Source of the DNA: Gonapodya sp. JEL0774
Taxonomy: Eukaryota
Reading direction: 5' to 3'
Assembly (NCBI GenBank): GCA_027604505.1
Contig: JADIIX010000039.1
Span: forward strand, 62,001-126,000
Length of the DNA: 64,000 bases
Positions 48,237 to 64,000 of this stretch are shown in pieces. Positions within the stretch are counted from its first letter, which is position 1; each line of letters begins with the position of its first letter. The notes below the pieces were generated by a model. That model worked only from the letters and a program-made list of their open reading frames with translations, had not been told where the DNA came from and did not search any database. The translations under genes were made by a program, and so were the position numbers.

Positions 48237-49302
48237 CTATAACTTTGATTTTGCATTCATGTCTGACGCCCTCCCACAGACAAAAGGACGCGCTACCGCG
48301 GCGCCTAAAACGGTCTCCTCTTCGTCCATGACCTCAACTTCAACTCTTCCTTCTCTCCATGCTTCCCGTATAAGTAGAATGAGATCCCTGTTGAGACAGC
48401 AGCCGTGCATCAATACCCTCCACACGGGAGTTGCGCGGTTTTGTATCCAGCGTCGCCAGGTGCCCTCGCTATCACCTTGATGCTCTAAGAAAATAAAGAC
48501 TCCACCAGGCTTCAGTATGCGTTTGATAGACGAAATGACGTGAGCGGGCTCGGCCACCGAACATAAAACCAGATTCGATATGACGTAGTCATATTTTTGA
48601 GTGCTTTTCGACAATCGTTCAGCTGGTTCTGTGAAAAGAGAGAACTGCTTGCGAGTCGCACGGCTGGTATATAAGTTTCGAGGGGAATGAGAAACCTCTC
48701 ACATTCGCTTTCGACTCTTGGAAACCCGCACTCTTCGCGGCTTGAATCAAGGCATCACGCATCAGGAGGTTGGGCTCGAGCGCATGGAGGTGGACTCGCT
48801 CTGAGTCTAAATACTGGAATGTTGCGCCGTGACCTTCCAATCGGACCAGTTTAGGTGCAAAACATCCCAAATCCCAAGTCGTCCACTTGCATCTCACCGG
48901 ACCCGATCTCAAGAACATCCCCATGTATGTCACGATAAAGCTTCCGTTTCCAAGGGGACATTGCCTTGTCCAACCTTTGCAGTCGCGGGAGAAGGGGAGA
49001 TGTTCAACCACACTGTCACCCTCGAACGACCGGAGGCTGCTCACTCCGGGCCTGCAGATTTCCATAAGTAGTTGAAAACACGATCCCCCACAGTCGGGAG
49101 AGGAAGATTTGTTGTTGAAGACATTTGCGAGTATCTGTGAAGAAAGCGACAAATCGGGTTGTCGGTTGACAATGTGCCGATAAGTGAACTCCGAATTGGT
49201 TGAGATTATTGAATGTAATGAGAGGACTGAAGAGCAATAGAACAGAATATACATAATAAGATTGAGAGCGGGAGTGGAACAGGAGGACGAAGGTGAATGC
49301 AT
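48237..49302 (-). CDS. Class I SAM-dependent methyltransferase (METTL7/TMT1-like); 5' end uncertain; ends in SKL
   Basis: Motifs GDVLEIGSG|HGATF (motif I), LEPN, YDYVISNLVLCSV, LKPGGVFIFLEH and WRVLMHGCCLNRD. Confidence 0.8.
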
Positions 49303-49482
49303 TGAACACGAAGAAGGAAGTGAACGTGCGACCGTGCTCCCAGCACTCCGGGGGTGGCTTTCATAGAGTGCTGTGTGTATCCCACATACATATTATGTAG
49401 TATCTTTGTATTTTGCGACGCCGTCGACCAACAGACCATCATGGACGTACTTGATATCTGACTAAGTACAGACGGAGCCACA

Positions 49483-49532
49483 GGCAGAACTAGCGTTCGT
49501 GATACATGGCAGAGCTAGAGTTCGTGATATAT
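49483..49532. repeat. Imperfect tandem duplication, 2 x 25 nt, in the divergent intergenic region
   Basis: ggcagaactagcgttcgtgatacat followed by ggcagagctagagttcgtgatatat (3 mismatches). Confidence 0.75.
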
Positions 49533-49849
49533 GAAAGAACGGCGAGGAGACTTCGCCTGGATGAGAGCCCAAAAATATGTTTCAAATGGCAACAGCGTCG
49601 CAAGATGAATTTCTCTTCATTCATTTAGTTCTGCATTTCTGCGTAATTTTACGTGAGTGGTTCAGTCCACAGAAACCGGAGTGCGGGACTTGGCGGAAGC
49701 AAAACAATGGCTGGGCTAAATCTAGGGCAGCCGACTTGACTTCGCATCGGAAACTGCACTTTCCCTGCTTCTTTCTGCATGCGCGTTGGCGTATCGCTCT
49801 GAGTTTTCTACCCACCAACCACCAATCTCACCGTATATCTGGCTTTTCG

Positions 49850-56182
<6,333 letters not shown>

Positions 56183-56592
56183 CCGACACGCACATTTCTT
56201 CTGTGTCAAGTTTGAGCGGAAAAATTCTAATGTGATATACGTATATACACGTAGAGGGAACCTTGTAGTCTGGAGTCACCTCCGACTCATGTAATATTGT
56301 TCAAAACGGTGAAAACGTTATCCACGAACTTAGATACAAATGCGATCATCTCGCTTGAAATGTCTCATAACACCATACACAATCACCTATCCGAATGTCA
56401 ACATGCAGTTCCACCAACACTTCCCGCCCTCGCTCCGCCTCTAAAGAAGGGAATTCAACACGAAAATTTAGACTTCCAAAATGTGCCTTCCTCCATTCTT
56501 GACCCATAACCCCTCAAGGTGTCAGGCCTGTGATCATTCCCTTACGATCACAACTTTCCTTCACTGCTCTATTTTCCGAGTCCAAGTTATTT

Positions 56593-58900
56593 TTACGCCC
56601 TCGTTTCTACTGCCGCTGCGTTCGGACCTTCCATCAATTGAAAATCAGCGGACTAAAATTGAGAAGAGCACCGAGTGCAAAACTCACAGTGGCGCGCGAA
56701 GTGTCTCCCTTGGCTAGGAGAGGTACCAGAATCGCGAGTACCGGAGGGAGCACCGAATATTAACCACGCACAACATCGAATGATACACGCCGCACCACTG
56801 GGAGACTGCACAACTCACCAAATGTAACACGAAAGCTGGGTGCACTGGGCAGATAAATGACTATTCATATGCCAATCAACACAGAAACCATTGGACTACA
56901 ATCAGGGCAGTTGATGCGTCTCAACCCTAACTCACCCTTTCTGCCCGCACTGATAGCACGCTGCATCTACACCACCGGTGCCTTGGCTGTTTTTCTGGAC
57001 CTGAGGACACAGTCTCTGTATATGGCCAAGCTGACCGCAGAGGTAGCACCGCGCGCCAGCACCATCGAGGCCCAGAGAGACTTTTGAAGGGCATCTTAGA
57101 TGTTGGTTAAACGCGGTTCGACCGATAATGATGCAATTGGCGTGGAGAAGGGAACATGCTTGAGCGCTGTCCACACGCAACTGACAGTTTCCACCTCACT
57201 CACTCTCTGCTCATATGCCCCACACCTTGACACACATAGCACCTCACCGAGCTCATTCCCGCACCAGGCAACGCCGCTGCAACCCCAGATATTTTAAAAG
57301 CACCTCTGGCACTACCGCCAACGGATCCGCGAGCGAAATCGGCACCAGTAGACCCTCGAGCAGCTAAGCCAATGGGTCCAATAGGATGGGATGGGGGTGA
57401 AACAGGGGGTCCAGAGGAAAGTGGGGCAGAAGCATAGCACTGTGGAGGATATGGAATAAGTGTGACAGACATGTGATCACCTGCCGCCGCCCACATAGCA
57501 CCTCGCAACTGAACCGACATTTCTCGCCATGTGCCCCTGCACTCCACATCTGTTACAGGTTCCTGTAAATTGTCGTCCTAAATGCTGTGGCTGCACCGGT
57601 GTCGGTGCTGGTGCCGAAGCTTGCGCTCGTTGGTTAAGGGATGGTGGTGCCAAGAGATTTGGGGTGTAGAAAGCTGAAGGCCGACCGGATGAGGTTGACG
57701 CAGAGGTTGACGAGCCGTTGACGGAGATGTTTGTTGGGCAGGTGCGTTGAACGTGGCCAACTACGGTGTGAGCAGAAAGACAAATTGATTGCAAATGATG
57801 CATGTATCAGCGTGAAGCCATATTCCACTGTTTTGTCCTTCTGCAACGATGCAGCAAGAGTCCAAAAACATAGGGAGCGACTTGAGACGCGTTGCGTCTC
57901 CCGCGCCATATCGTTTTCCTTGTGCTGTTCATACATGGGGATATCGCTGTGTCCCCAACAAACATATTGTTCCAGGTCGAGGAATCTCTCGCGATTCCTC
58001 TCGATCTTCTTACCTTGCTTCCAACCATCCCGAGAGAATAGTATCAACTCACTTTTCCCACACAAATAACATTTTACGTCACTCCCACTTCCTCCCAATG
58101 CCAATCCCTTACTCGTCGCTCCATTTCCAATCACTCCGCCTCCGTTCGCGATGCCGTTTACATTTGCTACTCCCCTCCCACCTGAGTACCCTGTTCCCAT
58201 AACTCCCAGACCCCGGGTTCCTACCACAGCAGAGGGGCGGGAGGGAGACAATGTGCCTTGTCCATCAAAGCGATCGGAGGTAGAAGAAGAAATGGAGGAG
58301 GGACAGTCGCGGGCGATGTGGCCGGGAAGAGAACAAAGTTGGCACTTTTGGGTAACAATGCCACAAGGGGGGGAGTAGAGTGCATGTGAGAGAAGCCGTC
58401 ATGGAATCAGTGACACAGTAATTAGATAGTGAGCGTCAATACGATGTCAATCGCGAGAAGCTAGTGTCCAACGAGCATTGTTTGCCGCAAGTAGGCCCAA
58501 CACCAACGGCGACCACATTCAACCGTGCTAGTCCGCCCTAATCTCCAAACATACCGTCTGCGTCCTGGGTTTATCACATTCTGCACTTCTGTGGCCCTCT
58601 GCACCGCATCTGTAACACACGACTGGTGGGCGTGGATCGACACAGTCTTTGGAGATGTGGCCGGGCCGTTTACAGCTGTTTTTAAGGGGGAAAAGAATCA
58701 TTGAATATGACAAACCAGAGAGAAGGTACGGAACGTACTTGTAACATATATCCGTGGCCTCTGAGCAGAATGCGGAGACATGCCCATAACTGCCACACCC
58801 TGAGAAATGGAGGAGGGGTGGCCCGAACGTTGAGATAGAGTGAATTACTGAAACAAAGACGAGACATAAAGAACCTACTGAAGCACTTCGGTGTATTCAT
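56593..58900 (-). CDS. CNBP/Gis2-like CCHC zinc-knuckle nucleic-acid-binding protein (about 10 knuckles)
   Basis: Spliced CX2CX4HX4C units include CFRCGSYGHVSAFC, CYNCKRPGHISKDC, CYRCGAEGHRSAEC, CQLCSLPGHIARDC and CYLCGQLGHIQRLC. The protein ends ...AVETRA*. Confidence 0.85.
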
Positions 58901-59853
58901 CTGGCGTTTGTTTGAAGGTGAGAGACAAGCTGACGGATGAGGGAAGCAACGAAATCAGGACTTAAAAACCCTTCGTCCACTTCATCAGCAGCACTATGGG
59001 TCTACTTCATCAAAAAAAATTATATGCATGTATGCTTCCCGCCTCCTGCTACATCACTTACCTGGAGTCTCGTCTTCCAGTGAATCCACAGGCTCCCACT
59101 AGATATAACTCACTCCCCAGTCCAGATTGCTGGCTCGCTCCTCCAACACCACTGCTCGCCACTCGTCTTTGAGCGTTCACTTTGCACTAAGCTAAGGTGA
59201 TCCCAATGTTGAAACTGTTTCCCCAGTGTGTGGGCCAATTGCCGAATGAACTCATTTGGTCGGGTCAGCACGCAGAAGTTCGCACAAATCAGTATCAGTG
59301 ACATTTGTATCGTCAGACTGCCCCATTCAGTTCTGAGGAGAACAGGCACTGTAGCATCCACGACGTCTCTATAACTCGCTTGTAGTTCACCAGATGAAAG
59401 AAGGGGTGATCCCTCATGAAGTATAGAACAGGGGGTGATGGCCCTTGGTTCAACAGAATTGGCCAGAATATCGCGGATTCTCGATTGCTCGGTAGTTCAT
59501 TTTGCTGACTTTCCACTATATCCACTATATGTGGCTCTGTAAGTACATAATAATAGTAGCGTGTTGGTCGGTCGGTGTTCCAGGGACATTTCGAGCACAC
59601 CGATCTCCAGGCGGATGGCAACAGAACTTGATTGTGTAAACTTTGCTTTATGTATTATCAATGCGAATGTCCATTTTGCTTTTTGAAGCTTTGAGGACTC
59701 ACATGCGGCTGGAGAAGCGTGCGAAGTGCCAGGTACATACAACACCAACAAACCAGATCACCATCTTGCTTCCCTTCGATCCAACAGTGAATGGCCAGAT
59801 TGTAGACATTCAGTCGACGCATTTTCCATATCGAGCCCCGGCCATCAACGCCA

Positions 59854-62800
59854 ATGCCCCTGCGAATCGCCAGTCCGCTCTCCCGACCAACAGTTTCAAT
59901 ACCGTCCTCGTCGCTGCCGTCCCCTGATGCTTCTCCAATCTCGGCTTCATATGCTGCACCGTCTACATTTCTCGCTTCCGACCTGCCTCCTGTCTCCGCC
60001 CTGCCGTCGCCGCACCGCCGCTCTCCGTCGTCACCGCACATCACCACACCCAGACAGTCCGCACCTCGCCTCTCAGTCAAAGTGCTAAATGAAACCTCTC
60101 CCGTTCCCCAATATCTCCGCTCCGACTTTCCTCCACTAACCCACCGACCCACAACGCGAGTGCGAGAGGCAGCGTTTAGATTCGCATTGGCGGCTTCCGA
60201 AGCGACTGATAAGCCGGCAACAGAGGACGAACTTGCAAAAGGCAAACGATGGATTGTAGCGTGGAATGGATGTGGGTCTGTGGACGGAAATTTAGGCGGG
60301 GAGGGTACTTCCAGTGATAAGACGGACAAACCGGAGTCGACGCTTGTGAGGATGACCATCAACAAATCAGGAGTACACTTTTCGAGGATCCAGAAGGTGT
60401 GTCTGTTGATGAACTTGTTGTTGGTACAAAGCTAGGTTCGACCCATTTCCTTCGGAACACACACTCACGGTTCAACATCTGAACCTGTCCACGGACTCTA
60501 CGACCCAACCTGGTACTCCCTTTTCTCCACTTCTACCTCTTTGATTGAGTGTTTTCAGACACCGTCTTTGCTTCAAACGCACCCTCTGCAATCCATCGTC
60601 TCTAGCAGCCCGGACCATACTGCAAAACTGCTGATCGTCTGTGTCCTAGACGTAACAACGGGACGTCGACGAGAGTATAGACTCCAATCAGAAGAGGTAG
60701 GTGAATCTGTCGGTGGCACCTGTGCGATACGGGGACTCCCGTTCTGGCAGGATGGCGTGGCTAGTGACATGTTGGGGCGAAACCGTTTTTATTCATTCAC
60801 ACGATCCCCAATCCTTCAACTCCACCCAACTCACAGTATCACGCCCAATTTCTCTATCTCCGTGCTCACCTCACAGCTCTCCACACTCCACGCTCCCCCC
60901 CATTTGCCATCGCTCTTCCAGTCCCTCCCGTAGTGCTCGACAGCCCCGAGCTCGAGCACGTCAGGGGACACGCTCATGTGAGGAGTGCCACACATTCGAG
61001 CAGTGGAGGGAAAGATAGCAAGGTGGACGGCGGAAGCAAGGGGAAGATGAAGCGAAGCGTCGAGAAGACGAGATCGGAGCCGGAGCTCGGCAACGACGAA
61101 ACTGGCAGACGATGGAATGGAGAGGGAATGGACAAACTCGAATTCACGAAAATGATCACCGCCATTGATAGCCATCCACATCTTGAAGGGCCCGCGTCGA
61201 CGACCCAGACCCGGTGTTCGGAGCTGATCGCATCCCCTCTTCCAATATCTGCTACACCGAGCCTCGCGCTTGAAATACCTCAGTCCTCACCTGCCTCCGA
61301 CAAATCAGGCTCGCTAATTAATTCTAGCCAAATACCCGTACAAGATGTTTTTGTCGATCCGACGCACATACCGTCCTGCATCTCCCCGATCAACGCATTC
61401 GCAGCCCTCCCGTCTCCACCGGACAGTATCTCACAGCCTCCTCACTCTAGCCTACAATCTCCTTTTCCTGGTAATCTTGTTTCTGGTCCACTCGGCATTG
61501 TCCACACGAGTTCTCCTACAAAACACAACTCTAGCGACCTCCATTCCACCCCTCCCGCCTCATCGGTAAACGGCCTCACTTCCCACAACATCGACGAGAC
61601 CAAAGTTTTATCTCGTCCCACACCCATTGATCACTCCCGGTCTCCAACTGGTGACTTCTATCTTGGCCCTAGACCCTCCCTCCACCCCCGGGAAGCGTCC
61701 ACCAATTCTCTCGAAGCCCGTGACACCATTTCTGTGGACTTACCTTCTCCGATGAATTTCGGGCGGCCCCTAAGCAGGAGCGGGATCGGGCAGAGCGCTC
61801 CAACCCTGCACTCAGTGGGGACAGATAGCCGGTCGTCGATTGTTAGTTCGATTGCACCAGAATCGCCAGGTGCTAGTGAGGGGGAGTTAAGTTTCACGTC
61901 CTCAATGAAGGGGATGGGGGATGCGGGTGAGGACTCTACCACCCAACAGTCGCGTGTGCTCCCTCAAGGTTCGACCAGGCGAAGGGTGTCAACGGAGCCC
62001 ACAAATGTTGGTTCCATGGCACAGAAACAATCATCTGTGGATAAAGGAAAGAAGCACGGGTCTTGGTCGACTGAAGATCTGTCTCACCTTGTAGACGAGA
62101 CCGGAGAGACGAAAATCGACTTGTTCGAGGCACTCGCCTCTCAACCAAATCTGGCCGAAGGAGGAGCGAGTACGACTGAAAGCTCAGTGAGTAAGCTGAG
62201 GGAAAAGGACTCTTCCGATTCCAATGGCAGCGGAGGGGCTGATTTAGTGAATCATCAGGATGAAGCGGGAGGTCATCGGAAGAACCGCTTCTCCAAGATG
62301 GTTCCGAAGCCTCTGAAAACGCTCGCGAAAGCACTTACATCAAGCATGACAATTCGCTCCTCCGCGCCATTGCTTGGCACCACCAAACCTTCAGAGAACC
62401 CTTCCGTATCGCCCGCGGAAAATGTCACTCCATCTGCTACTGGGAGTGAACCTGCTCTTAGTAAAGTGGAACATCCTGTATACGCCACAATTGTGCGACC
62501 AAGAAAGATTGGAGTATCGCCTGACACGGAGGTGGCACCGCGAGCAACATCGATGGAAACCCCTAGGCACGAGTGGACCTACTCGTTTTCCAAAGCGCAC
62601 AGTGTGATTAATTCCCGATCGGCCACAAAGTACGCATCAGCAACAGTGGGCGCAAAAGATCCAATAGTGGCGTTACTGGCGAAGGAGGCGGGGAAGGAGA
62701 AGGAGGGTTTCAACAGGCAGACCATGCGCAGTACATATAGGAGTGCGGTGACGGCAATCCTAGCAGAGTCGCTACCACACCCCGATCATGCGCAAGTTGG

Positions 62801-64000
62801 GAAAGATGATATGGAGGCCGGCGATGGAGCCGTGACGGGATCTCTTAAGGATGCGAAAATAAAGAAGTACGCGACCGTGGGAGTAGGTGCAATGAAGACC
62901 AAGAGGCTCAAAGATAACAAAGGAGGCACCGTGAGACTGAGGTGAGCACATGTACTTGGAGTGCTTTCAGCGGTTCTTCTGGACCACTGTGTCATCATTC
63001 TAGGGATGTTTTCAGAGATACACACGCACCTATGCAGACTCCTCCCTCCCCAGATCCCACCGAAAATCTTCCCGTTACACTTCGTGAGTACAACGAGCGG
63101 GGCCAGGTGTCACTCATTCGGAACCTCAAGGCCGATGGAACTTATGCCGTCACTGCTGGCACACTCCGTGGGCTGGTCCAGTATGGGTTGGTGGAAGGTG
63201 CTGGTGGTGACGTGTCGTTCTTGGATACATTTCTATTTGCCATCCGGCATTTTGTTACGGTCGAAGAGTGTTTGATAGCGATGAAGGTGAGTAAAATGGG
63301 GTTTGTGAGTTTTATTACTGAACCTTGAACTGACGTGGCGCGTGCGCGGAAGGACTATTGCTTCCCTCCAAACGCCGAGCAATTACCCATATCAGCATTG
63401 CGAAAACTTCTTAGTATCTTCAAAAAATGGGTGTGTAGCCATAGCTTGTGTTTGTATCAGATGGATCGACCTCCAAACTCAAAGCTCCTGTTCCTGTGAC
63501 AGGTCGGTGATAGTGCCTTGGATTTTTCCGAGCCAAGGGCGTTGGCAATGTATCACCAGATTTTGGAGTTACTGAAACAACACGAAGAGCTTGCTGGTAC
63601 CTGTGATCAGGTCGAAACGATGAGACTGGTGAGATTCCTACAGTGGAACACAATGGAACGCACCACTCAGAGGGTTCACAGACGGGATCTTTCTCAAAAC
63701 AATCGTCCCTTAGTACGAAATCTCTCAGTGCTTGTCAGAAGAGCCTGCCACTCCTGTGACTGCCACGCGCATCCATCCATACGCGGTTGACCCGCTGGGC
63801 ATGTCCGCCCGGATACTGGCAGAACAATTGACGCTCGGTGAGCAATTAAACCAAGCCAATGTCACTTACACCCATTGCATTCCTCGAGTTCATTCGTTCG
63901 AGTTCATTCGCCCCCATCTTCGCTTCCGTGCAAGTCGACATTCACCTCTTCCGCGCCATCAAGACTTGCGAGTTCACGGTCTATCTCTGGGGTCACCCCG
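59854..64000 (+). CDS. Ras guanine-nucleotide exchange factor (Cdc25-like), 5' part; runs off the right edge
   Basis: A long Ser/Pro-rich N-terminus, then REM-like VTAGTLRGLVQY...DVSFLDTFLFAIRHFVT. The catalytic domain starts at DPLGMSARILAEQLTL|VDIHLFRAIKTCEF. Confidence 0.8.

Noticed and set aside
57440..57520. Apparent broken knuckle and stop codon (HMARNVGS...CYVGGGR*) suggesting a pseudogene
   Set aside because: An intron (GTCGGT...CCACAG) restores HMARN|C in frame.
59312..59426. Minus-strand U3 snoRNA-like snippets (ctatacttcatgagggatca; ggcagtctgac)
   Set aside because: The span is only about 115 nt, box A continues CCCC instead of UUUC, and I see no box B or box C. This is probably chance; cmscan would settle it.

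Overview
This is gene-dense, intron-rich eukaryotic DNA with GT-AG introns of mostly 45-100 nt and several microexons. It looks fungal, possibly an early-diverging lineage; this is inferred from gene content and not proven. I hand-spliced about 20 protein genes, so exon boundaries are approximate unless stated. The left 20 kb is accessory-like: a partial PC4/Sub1 gene, then four paralogous three-finger C2H2-C2HC-C2HC zinc-finger genes that share intron positions but have unrelated tails. These are interleaved with an MCT-type MFS transporter, an MPPED-like metallophosphoesterase, a group XII-like secreted phospholipase A2 with an apparent frameshift, a secreted GH5 glucanase carrying five copies of a Cys/Trp module I cannot assign, and an MDR reductase. 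The right 44 kb is mostly core genes: midasin, a small orphan membrane gene, CWC2, RAI1, a hypothetical protein, an SDR, TIM23 with a long C-terminal extension, a METTL7-like methyltransferase ending in SKL, an ABCC transporter, a CNBP/Gis2-like protein with ten zinc knuckles, and a partial RasGEF. I recognised no tRNA, rRNA, CRISPR array or transposon. The best novelty candidates are the zinc-finger paralog cluster and the GH5 N-terminal repeat module.
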